Assembly: GCA_964187785.1 (NCBI GenBank)
Contig: OZ076410.1
Coordinates: 64,170,001 to 64,234,000, forward strand
DNA length: 64,000 nt
Direction of reading: 5' to 3'
Origin: Amphiscolops sp. MND2022
Lineage: Eukaryota
The notes under the pieces were generated by a model, which saw only the letters and a list, made by a program, of their open reading frames with translations, did not search any database and had not been told where the DNA came from. Below are positions 33,965 to 47,216 of the stretch, piece after piece (position 1 is the stretch's first letter; each line of letters opens with the position of its first letter). Both the position numbers and the translations under genes were made by a program.

Positions 33965-34405
33965 TGAACTGTTAAAGACTTGTTTGATGTTTGACTTTAA
34001 TTCTTTTATTGACCACATAAGAAGTTCTTACTAAGTCTTAACAGAATACCGTCTAGCTAGCTATTCTTCTTTTACTGAACTGAGTAGGATGATATCAAGC
34101 TGAGATCTCAGAATTCTTTCTCTTCTAAGATGAGAGTACTGTTTGATTACAACATTCAAGTTACTCTGAGTATATAGATTTAGCTAGTACACCAAACAAT
34201 AATGAGATTAAGTAGAATCCAAATCATTATAAGATGAAGTTAAAGGGATTACATTTTATAATGGAATCATTAGAAATGTTAGCGTCTCAATAATTGAAGT
34301 ATTAACTTCTAGATAGAATGGCATCTGTCATGCTATTATGTCACGAAGTTTAATTATACTTTTACAAATATTAGGATTCTCGATGTCATGCATCATGACG
34401 TCACA
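33965..34405 (-). repeat. 3' LTR of the Gypsy element
   Basis: TGAACTGTTAAAGACTTG...CATGACGTCACA; about 5 substitutions versus 51321-51761. Confidence 0.92.
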
Positions 34406-35178
34406 ATCGACCGGGTTTTTGAAAAAGTAAAATATATCAATATGTTTAGAATATGTTTTAAACTTGGGTTTTGTACTAAAGGTGTTTAATGTTTCATGTT
34501 ATATTAGAGTACCATACTTAAGGAGTGAGAACAACCTAAGACGGTTTGAACTTCTTAGTGATTTGGCGGTTTACATTGGTGCAATGTTTTTCAGTCAAAA
34601 AAAATTGATTGACAGTGTTTTTCAAGTTCTTGTTTGACAACCTTGTGGTAAGCTCCATCGGCTTTGTTTAAAAAGTATATGAGTTCTCCAAATGAGTATT
34701 CGTATGAAAACTTTTCGAGTTGAAGAACATTTCTAAAAGTTGTCAATGAGTTGTGAACAAACATTGGCAAGTAGTGAACAAAATGTGAAGAAGTCAAGAA
34801 TTGCAAAGGTTCATTTCATTTCCAAGAAAGTGAAGAATAGTCTTTTCGGAAAGTATTTCAAACTTCAAATTGTAGTTCAAAGTTCTAGAGAAAATAGTTG
34901 TTAAATAGGAAGAGATCTTGTTAAAAAGGAAAGAAAGATGAGAATATATTGAGTAATATAGGATGTGGTATAGGTAAATTTTTTTGTACTATGCATAAAG
35001 AGATGATAAGTTGCTAAATACCATCATATAAGGGGTATGATTACAAATCAATAAGAGTATAGCAAGCATCATATGATTAGGATGATTACAAATTAATAAG
35101 ATCAGAGCATCAACTAATTGATAAGAATACAATAATAGATTGAGGATTATACGATGCAAGCACTAAATAAATTTAAGG

Positions 35179-36406
35179 TTATACGGGAGGGATTAGACTA
35201 AGAACTAAACTAAAGGTTATACGAGTTATTAGAAGTTTATGAGTTATTGATAGAAAGTTTGAAGTTTGAAAAGACGTGTAGTGAGCCATGTCGATGATGA
35301 AATTTGTGATGATGGACGATGGCGGCAGGTGAAGAAGGGAAGAAAAAGACAATGTGACCACAGTTGGAGTTGAAGAAGTGAGGAAGAAGTGACGATAATG
35401 GGTGGTGGTTGACAATGTCAGAGAAGTGACGAGTGACGGTGTCCAAATGGACAGCGAAGACGAGAAGCAGCGACGGAAGTAAAGAAGTGGCGATGTGAAT
35501 AAGAGGTCGAGAAGCATGTAGTGAAAGATGGATGTTGAAATTGATGAAATCACTGTTTCCATTAGAGAATTTCAACAGCATCAAAGTATGAAGAAGTTGC
35601 AGAGAAGTGAAATAAGTGAGGTTGGTTTTATGTTAATTTTGGTTTATTTTGTTGGCCAAAAAGGATGTTTTGAAGGAGGGTGTACTTGATGGGTTTCTGG
35701 GTCATAACGTTGTAGTTGTTGAGTATACCCGAAATCGAGAAGGGTAGCGTTGAATGCGTCTATGGCGTCATCTAGTGCGGTTTGGAATTAGGTGTCCTTA
35801 GTTGTAGATGCCGAATTTAGGACAAAAACTGTTTCTGAAGTGGTCTCGCACACAGCGATTTTTGTGCCTGCAACATGAATGCGAAAATATTGTCCGAAAT
35901 TTGTCTGTTTTTTCTTGACTTGACATACATTGTAAAGAACTTTGAGGAAGGAACGTCGGGTATGAAGAGTTACATTGCCTTTGTTAACTTCCAGTGACAC
36001 TTTGTAAGCCATAGTGTGGAATATGACAGCTTTCAAACTGTGTACTTTGGAGGTTGTGGAATCAACAAGTTTTTTAATTTCAGAACTTTGTGGAGCCAAT
36101 AGAAGAAAAACGAGCGCTGAAATCTTGGTAGAAGTTTTTGGAGTTTGCAGAGGCTGAACGAAGTTCAGAAGGAGGAAGAAGAATAGAAGTTTCTAAAACA
36201 GAGGGAGTCTTAGGTTTGAAGACGAAAAGCAAGGAGTTTTTGTTAAATAATCTGGTGCTATAATATGTTTTTCGTGTTTGTATTGTTATATAATCTGGTG
36301 CTATAATATGTTTTTCATTTTTGTACTGTAGACGAAAAGAAATTTTGAGAAAGAGAGTGCTAGAAGATAGGTTAGGAAGTGAAATAGGTGAAACTTTTGG
36401 TGCCAT
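35179..36406 (-). pseudogene. Accessory ORF fragments 3' of env, unknown function
   Basis: ATG-initiated overlapping ORFs 36080..36406, 35788..36099 and 35237..35584/35179..35562 on the element strand with the same codon/composition bias. Confidence 0.4.
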
Positions 36407-36568
36407 GGAGAAAAGTGTTGTACCATTCAGAAGGTCAGAAAAAATTTTGGAAAGTAAAATAGGAATGTTACCTGTAGTTTGGGGTGAAAATGTTCAATAG
36501 AGAAAAGTGAACAAAAGTGTCCAAGATCGTAGGAAAATTAAAGAAATTTGTATTACCTGAGAGATGAT

Positions 36569-37824
36569 TTAATGAAGATTAAGAGTATTGAAAAGAGTGT
36601 TCATAGATTCAAGTGCAGATTGAATTGCTTGTGAGGATTGTGTTATACGTTGGGAATCTAGATCTAAAGTTTGAAAAAGTTGAGATGTCCTGTCGTAGCA
36701 ATGTATGAGATGATTGAGTGTGGTAAGTGGAAAATCTGACGGGTTTCGTTTATAAGGATCTAACATTTGAGTGAGATCTTTAAGAGTACGATTGTTCAAC
36801 ATGTTGGAAAGTTTTTCGCTAGTTTTGGAGGAGATTTCTGATTGGTATAACAGTGTTTTTGTTCAGTTTGAACTGTGTGATTTTGTTCAGTTTGAACCAT
36901 ATAAGTAATGGTTTTTGCGGCTATGAACAAAAGTTCATTATATGAATGAGATTGTTTTGAGAGAGCTGTATAATATGAGATGTCTTTATCATCTAAGGGC
37001 GATGAGACAAGGTGTTTGATGACTGTTGAAGGTTTGACAATCTGAGTAGGAATGTTGCAAGGTAACAAAAAGTCATCAAAATGGATGAGACATTCTTGAG
37101 GTACAATGAGAGGACGAGCTGTACCATTATGCGGGAGCAAACAAAAATCTTGTTTGATAGGGTCATAATTGCGAAGATATCCAGTTATCTTTGAGTGATC
37201 GATGGTATACAAATTTGTCATAGTGAGAGGTGAGGTGTATTTACAGTTCGCAAAATTGTAAATTTGAGGTTTATTGTGTTGAAGAAAGCGAGTATAGGTT
37301 AAAAGATGAGTGGTTTTTTTGTGCGGTAGAAAGGAAGGACGGATCTTTTTCATCAGTTTTGAGATCATATATGGATGGGCGGAGAAAATTAAATTGAAGA
37401 GAAAATATTTTGATGCCGTTGTCAAGCCAGTAGTGATATGGTGCCATAATTTTAGAAGCGATAGAAGTGAAGAAGTCTTGGTTTTTATCATAGAATTTGA
37501 AAGTGTAATCAGTTGGGTGCATATAGAGAGAAGGAGTTGTGATTTGAAAGAGAAGCGATTTGAAGGTGTTTTATTTTTTGAAGGAATATTTTGATGTTCC
37601 ATTTGATCGTGTTTATTTTTTGAAGGAATATTTTGATGTTCCATTTGGTCAGTAAGAGGATTGTCAGGCGTTTCTTTATGGTCGAGGAAGAGAACGGCAG
37701 AATCATTTGAAAGAGGTTTAGTAATAAAATCAGTAGTGTGCATTTCAAGTTTATTTTGAAGATCGATTTGTTCTTGAGTTATTTGTGAAGTCATGTTATG
37801 GAAATCTAATGGTGCTTGTGTCAT
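36569..37824 (-). pseudogene. Accessory ORF 3' of env (342 aa plus frameshifted 77-aa tail), unknown function
   Basis: Long ATG ORF 36796..37824 with an in-frame 42-bp duplication (HDQMEHQNIPSKNK); overlapping continuation 36569..36802. Confidence 0.6.
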
Positions 37825-38058
37825 ATTGTTATATTGGAGAGAGATTATAGGAGATGCAATATAGAAAACAAAACACTAACGAGTAGCTTTTTCAGCTGTT
37901 GTTGGAGTAGGAACTTTAATACGAAGAGTTATCGGGTGGTTATGATCTATTTCAATGGTCGGTTCAATTTTGGTTTGGTTTAGTTTTGACTTGGAAAGAC
38001 TAAGATTTTTAAGAGTAGAAATTTTGAACGAGAGTGACGAGTGTATAAGAGTGATCAG

Positions 38059-40807
38059 CTAGGTTAGAGGAGTGAAAAAGTCAGAATGATCAGATGTAAA
38101 AGATGGCGGAGGAAAGGAGTAATCGGTTTTAGAATATATGCGGACAGGAGTGTTCATCTCACAATCGACAAGTGATGTATTTAAAGGATAATCATTAGGA
38201 CTTGTGGTGACAGAAGAGTAACGTGGTAAGGATGATTGAGTATTAGATTTTGGTTGAACATTATGAGGTGTTTGATTAGAATATTGTTTTCGTTTTGGAA
38301 GGAATTTAAAACGTGTCATTTTGGAAATCCGATTTGATCGTTTTGTATAGAAAGGTGGTGGCGAAGTAATTCCAGTTGGATTTGAGGAAATACCTGTTGT
38401 ATCATTAGGATTGAAGGAGGATTCGTATAATGGGTTCTCAGTAATGGTTGACAGTTGATTTGAACTTTGTGAAGATGTTTTAGAACGAACACTTTTTAGG
38501 TCTTTTACCATGTCAGCCGTAAGAATATTCAAAAAACCATGTGCAAAAGAGTTAAGAACTGTAATATTTTGTTTAAGATTGTACTTGATCGAAACAGTTT
38601 TATAAAGTTTAACGATGAGTGTTAACATTGTCTGCAGAAAAAGATATGTAGAAAAGTAAATTCCACATTGTGTCAAAATGTAAAATGGGTATCCAAATAA
38701 AGCAATAAAAGCATCAGAGAACCAAGTAGGAGTGAAGAGTGGGGTAAGATTGATTAAACGATCATGAAGTCCAACTCGAAGTGTATTGTATGGATTATCA
38801 TGTGGGGAATTTGTATCATAATCAGGAATTTGTGTTTTAGATGAAATAAAAGAAAAACTAAGAGCTTTTCCCAAAAGTTGGAGAGTAGTATCAGAGTGTT
38901 TGGAAAATAAGATTCTGTTCCAAAATTGATTTAAATCAGCATTTGAGTATATACCAGCATTTTGAGCTGTAAATGTATTAGGTCGTATTTTAGTTTTAAT
39001 TTGAGGAGTAAACATAAGTGGTGGTTTTCGTTTAATAGGTTCAGGGCTAAGTATGTAAAAATCTTGATCATCAGAATCTGGGTCAAGTTCAATAATGTTT
39101 TTGGAATATTGTCGCATGTGATAGGAGTAGCATAATCATATGTTTGTCGTGTAATATGATCAACGTACATAATAGTGTCTTTAAAGTGAAGAGGAATTCG
39201 ATCGAAACAACGATCAGCAATGTATAATGGAGAGAGAAAGTGTGGGCAATCATATAGACAAGCAGTAGATCCTTCAACATAGAGGAAGTGACTACGATTT
39301 CCTGTTAAAAGGAACCCATCAACTTGAGGGTTTTGTACTGACATTGCAAGTATTGTAAGAAGTTGATTTCGTTCTAATTCGCATACTGTATGAAGAGTAT
39401 TCTGTTCTTGAACAGTCATAGAACGAAAGACATGATTAATAGTGTAATCAATTTTGGTATTTATATGAGCATCATAGTCTATGGTAGCAAAGTTATTAGA
39501 AACGTTCAATGCGGGGAATACATATTTGTTATTAGAGTGGTTTAATACAAGTTTGCCAGGAATATATTTATTGATTATAGAAGTAGGATTTGGTTGTCCT
39601 GTATGCTTATTAAATCCTTCGGTATAAGTGACAAAAAGGTCAGAGTATTGGGTAGAATATAAAGGTTCAGGTTTTCCACAAAAGGTATGTGCGTTAGGAA
39701 ACACTTCAAAACGTGAAAACTTGGATTATGTGGAGTTTCAGTATGTGGAGCACGGATGTAAGGATAGGAAGTACCTTTAATACCATTATGAGGAGTAGAT
39801 TTTTTGGGAATTGAAGAATGTACAAAAGAGTCTGTTTCAATCCAATAGCGATCTTCGATTTTAGTCATGCGTCCAATTAAATCTTGTAATGTAAAAATAA
39901 GACAGAAATCATCACTAAACCATAAAAGTGTGAAAGGAGTTTTTGTAGTGGGTTTACAGAAACCATCTGCAAAGTAACATGGTCGAGTGTGACCATCAAT
40001 TATCATAACGTTTTGTGTATCATCATAAGTTAGTTCTATTTCAGATATAGCAAGACGCCAACTAACTAAGTTGACTTCAAATTGGTGATGAGCAGGACAA
40101 TTATGGTAGGGGTTGCGAAGTGGGTCATATATCCAAGTTTTGTCAGCAGGCATATAAGTAAACGTACCTGTATACATTTTGTTAAGTTGGTAGACAGTAA
40201 AAAGGGTTTGAAATCGTTCTTGTTGTTCTTGAAAATAGTGGTCTTCTAAAAGTGTAAAAGTTTTGTTTTAATTTAAGTTGTTTAATATTTTATTATCAGT
40301 TCCAATAAGGTGTCTAATAAGATTTTTACATTCAAGAGGATCAAGTGTAATAGGAAGTGGCATCGTATTATGATTCCAATCAGTTCTATCAACACGTCGA
40401 TATTTAACATTGCCTTGGAAGCAAACATTTCGTTCTTTCTTTGCATAGGCGTCACATTTGAAAGCGCGAATACGTTTGGCTTTTGCTCCTACAAAAACTC
40501 GGGCTTGAATATTTGCATGTTGTATGTTAGAAGGAGCTTCAGTACATTGTTCAACATTAAGAAGGTTAAATTGGCGAAGGTTATGTTGTTTTTCACAGTC
40601 ATAATGAGAGACCATAAGATTTGTTATATTTGGATCATCTGATGGGAGATAACGGTCTTCATCAGTTGGTGTAATAGGAATAGAGAATGTGAAATATGGA
40701 TTTAGGTAAAAGAAGATTATATGAGTTATGAAAAGTGAAAGATTTGTGTTAAAAGGATGTGGTATAATTGATACCAGAAAAAGGGTTGTAGAAAACATAT
40801 TTGCCAT
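38059..40807 (-). pseudogene. env: Envelope-like class III fusion glycoprotein (chuvirus G / herpes gB-like), in four fragments
   Basis: Hydrophobic N-terminal leader; SHYDCEKQHNLRQFNLLNVEQC, AFKC, LDPLECKNL, CYFADGFC, VCELERNQLLTILAMSVQNP, CFDRIPL..KD.IMYVD.ITRQTY.YATPITC; C-terminal TM FIALFGYPFYILTQCGIYFSTYLFLQTMLTLIV plus cytoplasmic tail. Confidence 0.78.
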
Positions 40808-41912
40808 AGGCTAAAGTATGTAGTTCTGGATCACGATTAAAATCAACTAAAATTACTTCAAATGGAGCAGGAGTTGTTTTGTGTTTTATCTTTGCAACGT
40901 GAAATATACGATGAGGGTTGAGACCTTGAAATTTGACTCTAACTTCAAACTTTAATTCTAAATTAGGAGTGTGGAGACGTTTAAGTTCGGTTTCTTTTCT
41001 TTTATTGGAAAGAGAATTGTTTGTAGTAATAAATCGTTCTGCAAGGATAGGAAATCGAGGATCGTTTTGAGGATTGTATATAGTGATTCCGTCTACACGT
41101 ATAGGATAATCTGCAAAGTTGGAAGTGGGTGGTCTTGATTGATACTATGTAAAATGTTCAGGGATTCTTACGTGAGGAGCAACAGGTGTAGGTACTAAAA
41201 CTTCAGAGAAGAGATTGCCAGATAAATATGCAGTTTGAACGTCAGAAGAAAGTAATGAGGCTGTGTCTAGTCCGGAGGTAAAGTAAGATTGTGGGGCAAA
41301 GTCTGAAGAATATACAGTATCAGAGGATATAGGTTGAGCGTGTTGTCTAAGAAGACGTAGTGCAGAGTTGCTTGATAATGCTGAAAAATTGAGTGTCGAT
41401 GAATCAGTAGCACTGAGACGTCGATTTGGAAGAGGTCTAAGATTGTATCTATGTTGAGGTATAATATCAGAACTAGAAGTGTCTGTTTGTGGTTGATACT
41501 CTGAGGCAGATTCTAACAAGTTAGTAAGAGAAGTAGAAGGACGTCGTAGTGGTTTTAAAGGAGGATAGAGTTGAGACTGACTAGAAGATTCAGATGGTAA
41601 GTGTAATGTAGGTAAGGGAGTATATTCAATATCAGGTATTTGTACTTTATCTAATTTAGATGGAAGATTGGGTGAAACACGAGCAGTTTTGATGGCGGTT
41701 GGTTGTTTATAATTTTTAAGAAGTGCTACAGTATTAGGATGTGGTATGCGAAATATAGGTGTATGAATTATTGGTTGAGATCTAGAACTAGGGGTATATG
41801 GTATTTCAGGAATAGGTGGTCTACTAATATGAGTAGATGTTATGTGAGGAGATGGTGTAGGTGAAGTAGTTATGATGTGAGATCTTGGTCGTTTAGAAGG
41901 AGTTACAGGAGT
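40749..41912 (-). pseudogene. Extra ORF between pol and env (P/S/T-rich N-half, globular C-terminal domain), one internal stop
   Basis: One frame is open from 41912 to the stop at 41145-47 and continues YQSRPPTSNFADYPIRVDGITIYNP...FEVRVKFQG...FEVILVDF to TAA at 40749-51. Confidence 0.55.
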
Positions 41913-42088
41913 TCATTACTAGTTGTAGTAGTATTTGAAACTGAGGATTAAGATGGAGAAGATATACTAGGAGCAGAAGGAGATGTTCCAGATGAAGAAT
42001 CCAGGTTGGTAGTCCGGTTCGGTTAAACAAGATTTCGATTAATTTATGTGACTAGTTGAAGCAATGGCTGAAAAAGCGAATGAATGGT

Positions 42089-45000
42089 TCAAAGTTTGGA
42101 TGGCGGTGTGAAAATACGATAATCCATTTTTGGTTGTTGTCTTAAATTGTAATGAGTTTTGGTATCTCTATTATTTGTAATAGATGATGGTGATTGGTTT
42201 TGAGATGGGTGACGGGTTCTGTCAAAGGAGTTATTAGTACCAGGAGCTTGGAGAATTGGTTGAGAAGGTATATTAGTAGTTGAAGGAAGATTAGTATTTG
42301 ATGGAGTTCGTGTAGAACGGTCATTTGGTGACAAGGTTTGGTCATCATCTGGTAAAGATGTATCATCAGAAAGGGATTCATCGGAATTAAAAGGTGAGGA
42401 GTCGCTATTAGTATATTGAATGGGTTTTGGAATGTTATAGGTAATTGAATCAGAATATCGCATGAAATTACGGAGGTGCGGACATAAGAGTGATTCTTTT
42501 GGATAATAAGGTATTAAATGATTTCTATGTACGTGGGATGTAGAACCACCTTGTGCAAGAAGTTCATATGTAACATCGGCAATTCTGTCAAGAACTTTGT
42601 ATGGACCAATCTGAAGAGGTTTAAGTTTGTCAGAGAAGTGAACATGTGGAAAATGACGTTTGAGTACAAAAGTGCCAAAAGGAAGTGGTTTTCCTTCATG
42701 ATAAGTTTTAGTTATATAAGCGTGAGAATTTATTTTTTTAAGAGTATAAAAGTATACTGTAGAATAAATTTGTAACATTGCAGTTTCTACAGCGATAAAC
42801 GATTGTGGAATCGGTTTTGAAAGAGTTTTATAAAAGAATGGATTTAAATCCGTTTTGTCATAGTGTGAATGTTCTGGAAGTTGTGAACAATATTGTGAGA
42901 TACAAGTTGAACTGTTACGATTAAAGTTTAGATCAAATGTAAGTGGGATTCTGGGTCTTGTGTGAAACACTATTTCAAATGGAGAAACATTGAGTTCTGA
43001 AAGAGGTTGTGAATTGTGTGCATAAGCATACATGTGGACTTAAAAAGCCCAGTCTTGAGGGGTGTTATGAAGGAACATACGAAGGTGTGTACCAAGATTT
43101 CTATTTTGTACTTCAACAAGGCCATTTGTCCAAGGAGAATAGGCTGTTCTGGGAGAGTGCCTACTTTCCATGGGTGTAGATAGGTGGGCCATGTCTTTAT
43201 TGATATATTCGGAGCCACGATCAGTGACAAGGTAAATAGGTGGGCCATATTTGGTAATCCAGTGGTGTAATAAAGTTTTAACTGCAGTTTTGGCATTGTT
43301 CGATTTGATTGGGACAGTAACAACAAAGTGGCTGAAAGCGTCAACTATGACGTGAATGGATGATTTGTGTTGTGAAGGAGGATTTATGGGTCCTTTTGTA
43401 TCCATTGAAATTCTGTAATTGAAGGAAGGAGCATGTTCCGAAAACGGTTGTGTAGGAGCAGTCTGTATTTTCATATTGAAATGTTTGTTTCTTTGACATT
43501 CTAGACAATCATGTATGAAAATAGAGAGCCATTTTTCGAGATAAGGAATGTGATAATATTGAGAAAAAGTATTATAAGTTCTTTTGATACCTGTATGAGA
43601 ATGGTCATGAAGTTTGGTAAATACAGTTTGAAACATTCTAAAAGGGAGACAAATTCTAATAGCACTATGTAGTAATTTTGGAATTGAAATAGGGTGTGTT
43701 TCAGGAGGAAGTGGATTTGTTATATAAAGGCTTATAAGGTTGGTAGTGGTGTCAATGAAAAGTTGTGCAAACCTTTTGTAATATTCATGTAAGAAAAGAT
43801 TACCAGTAATTAGAGGGGTAAGAAATACAGGTTTTTCATTTCGAGATATCCATGAATATACAGTCCGAAGAACTGGGTCTTGAGATTGTTGAACTTGGAG
43901 TGTTTTAAAGTCTAATGAGTAGTCGTCAGGAAGGAAGAAACCTTGAAAATACGTGCTGTTTTTAAAGAAGGAAGGATCGTAAATGGTACTACTTGGGGAG
44001 AGTGTGTCATAGGAGTTGAATTTGTTTGTACATCTATAGCAGAAGTAGATTCTGATATTGACGATGGTGTTGTGTTGAGTTTTGATTTAGTTATTGTGGA
44101 AAAGGATTCTTCTCGTTCGTGTAACGTGTCATTGGGGGAAAAAGAAGAAGTATTTTTTGGAATTCTAGTGTAAATGTGTTCATCATCATCACTTGTAACA
44201 TCGGTATCGTTGAGTAGGAGAGATTGTTGATGAAGGGACTTATTATCTTTTTTTGATAGGTGCTTTGAATTTGGCTTGAAAAGGAGTAACAGCTTTAAAG
44301 GAAAGTGAGTTTAAAGGTTTAACTATAATATCGTTTCCTTTGTCATTAATACGTAATGAAAATTGGTCTGTTCCATAATTCCGAGAATTGGTTGAGAATC
44401 GTGTTTTTGATGAGGTAAAACTTCTTCATGTGTTATTAAGTAATGTACGGGTTTAAGTGTGTTAGTTTGTAATATTGTAAAGTCAATATGAGGTGGAAGG
44501 TGTTTATGTTTGAGTTGATTTATTCGAAGTTCTTCTGTGAATGACCTACTAAGTAAATCAGCAACGGAAAAGTTTTTTTCCAGGAGTATGTATAATTGTA
44601 AGTTTTGAAAAGTTTGTGAGTTGCATTTGTGCTCTATAAAAACGTGGACTGAGGGATCCCTTTTTTGTAAAACAATGTAAAAGAGGTTTATGGTCAGTGA
44701 ATATATGGATAGGATGGGGTGATCCGATTATAATAAATTCGTAAATTTGAAGAGCGTGTACTATGCCAAGAAGTTCACGTTCAAGAGTAGGGAGTTTTTG
44801 TTCTTGTGGGTTCAATATACGTGAATTGTAAGAGACAACTTTCATTTGATTTTGTTCATTCAATTGAAAAAGGACAGCACCTAATCCAATGAGTGAAGCG
44901 TCAACAGTAATGAAAAACGGATGTTTTGTATAAGAATTGTAAGTGCTGTGGCAGAGGTAAGAGATGTTTTTAATGTTTGAAATAAGCCTTCATGTTCTTC

Positions 45001-47081
45001 AGTCCATTTCCAGGGAGTATTCTCATGTAATAAATCATAAAATGCTTTGAGATTAATGTGAAGTTTTTCAATGAACTTTGTGCAAAAGTTGAGTGCGCCT
45101 ATGAAACTCATTAGGGCAACTTTTCCAGTGGGAGAAGGAATTTTGTGTATTGCTGCAATTTTGGAATGTATGGGTTTGGTAGTGTTGTAACCTATTTCAT
45201 GTCCTAGAAACTTGATTTTAAGAAGCATGAAAAAGGATTTTTCAGGAGCTAGTTTAAGATTATGTTTTGTGCTAATAAGATGTAATTGTTCAATAAGTTG
45301 AAACATATGTTCTTTAGAGTTCGATAAAAGTAAAATATCATCGATATAAACAAGAGCAAAACCTTGTTCAATAAGTGTTCTTAAGAGTGTTGACATTTGT
45401 TTAGTAAAGAATTTCGGGAGTCCTTTGAGACCGTAAAATCCTCGTATGAAAGCAAAGAGTTTGTCGCCAGAAGAGAAACTTGTAAGTTGAATAGTTTCTT
45501 CGTCTAGAGGGGTATGTGCATAGGCGTAGATGAGGTCTATTGCACATTTGTATTTCTTATTTGCGCGTGCTAGTTGTGGAGCAAGAGGTTCAATACGCCA
45601 GGATTCGTCTGATTGTTCTGTATTGGATTTAAAGTGTCGTGCATCTAATACACATTTGATGAAACCGCCTTTGGGTATGATAATGAGAGAATTTAAATAA
45701 GTGGTACCATAAACTGGTTTATCCTGAGGAGAAGAACCAATTTGTTTTATAATATTATGTTTTTCTAATTCTTTAAGGAGAGTATTGAGTTTATCACGAT
45801 AGTGAATTAATACTTCAGAAGGACGTTGTGTAATTAATTGAGCATTTGGTTTGAGTCGGATACGGAGAGGAGTTGCAATCTTGCCAACGTCATTTTTATG
45901 GGTAGCATAGCAGGTCTTATATTTGAGTAACAAATTACAAAGTGTAACATATTCAGTATCTGTAAGGTCAGAGAATTGGAAGTTGAATTTGTTGATAACT
46001 TTGAGATTTTTTGGTGAACATGGTAGGGAAGGGAATACTCTAGGTTGTGAGGAATGAGAAGTAGGTTGTACATTATAAAGAGACGGTGTACGTGGTAATG
46101 GATTAAGATTAGTCATATAGACTTGATGTAGTGAAAAGGGTATTGAAGAAGTTGGTTGTTGTTCTGGAGGTAATGACTAGTTTGTTGGTGGTATAGGTTC
46201 TGTAAGTTCCGGATGGTACGTATAGGTGACATTGTGTATAAGCGTGTTTATGTCATTTACTCGGTAATAATTAAGTTTTTCATTGGTTATTGGGATTTCA
46301 ATATATCCAATATGTCCTATAAGTAATGTTGCAATGTGATTTGTAGAATTTTGAATAATTGTAGCACAAGTGTCTGGTTTGTCGTCTGTAAGATCTTCAA
46401 TGAAGTTGAAAGTTGAACGAAATTTTGAGGAATAGTAGGTATGTGGAATGGTGGGGAAAACTGTTTGTGGGGTGTTGTCGAGAAATGAAGGTTGTAGTAA
46501 TTGTTTATAGGAAAATGTGCAATTTTTGAAGAATTTGGTTTTAGACGAATTTGTGTTTTGGAAATAATTCTGTAGAGATAAGAAAAATATGTATAATCTT
46601 TGGATAATAGTGAAGTAAATGTAGCATAATTAGGATGTACTCTTGAGTGGTGTTTAAATTGTAATGTAAAATCTTGAATGTTTAAATTTTGTATATTTTC
46701 TTCAAAGAAGGGTCTTCCAAGGATATTGTATTTTATATCAGCTACTGCAAACGGTACTGTAAATTGACGGGAGTCATCTTCTATGGTAGTATTTAAAGTA
46801 ATGGTGACGTAGTGTAAAATAGGAACTTCTGTTTGATTTGCGACTGTCAGTGTTTTTGACGAATTAGGTGGGTTATTTTGTTTACTTTCAAGAAGTTTTG
46901 CAATAGTAATATAGGTAGGATGGTTTAATACAGAAATTGAAGTGCCACTATCCAAAAGGAAAGAAATTTCGAGTCTTGAAGGATAGTCACGTTGGTTTTG
47001 ATTGGGAGAAGCATGTGTATATAAAGAGTAGAACCAGCTTGTAGGAGTTAATGCATTTGCCATTTCTGTTGGGTGATACAT
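42089..47081 (-). pseudogene. pol: Gypsy pol: protease, RT, RNase H, integrase (multiple frameshifts/stops)
   Basis: FLLDSGTSIS (protease); YIDDILL, KFLGHEI (RT); ERELLGIV...IFTDHKPL (RNase H); H..GI...C.ECQ, ISMDTKGP, TDRGSEY, NGLVEVQNR (integrase); LQIGPYKV (GPY/F). Confidence 0.95.
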
Positions 47082-47216
47082 GTGTATTTCAAAGTTAATT
47101 GGATCTGTAGAAGTTTGTGGTTGAATATTGTTAATTTTGTTTCGTGTACGAGAATTTGAACGAGAACGAGAATATCGAGAATCTCTAGGTCTGGACGGCG
47201 GTCTGTAAGAAGAAGT

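Noticed and set aside
34406-34430. Polypurine tract for the Gypsy 3' LTR
   Set aside because: The minus-strand sequence next to the LTR (CAAAAACCCGGTCGAT) is not purine-rich, so no PPT was called.
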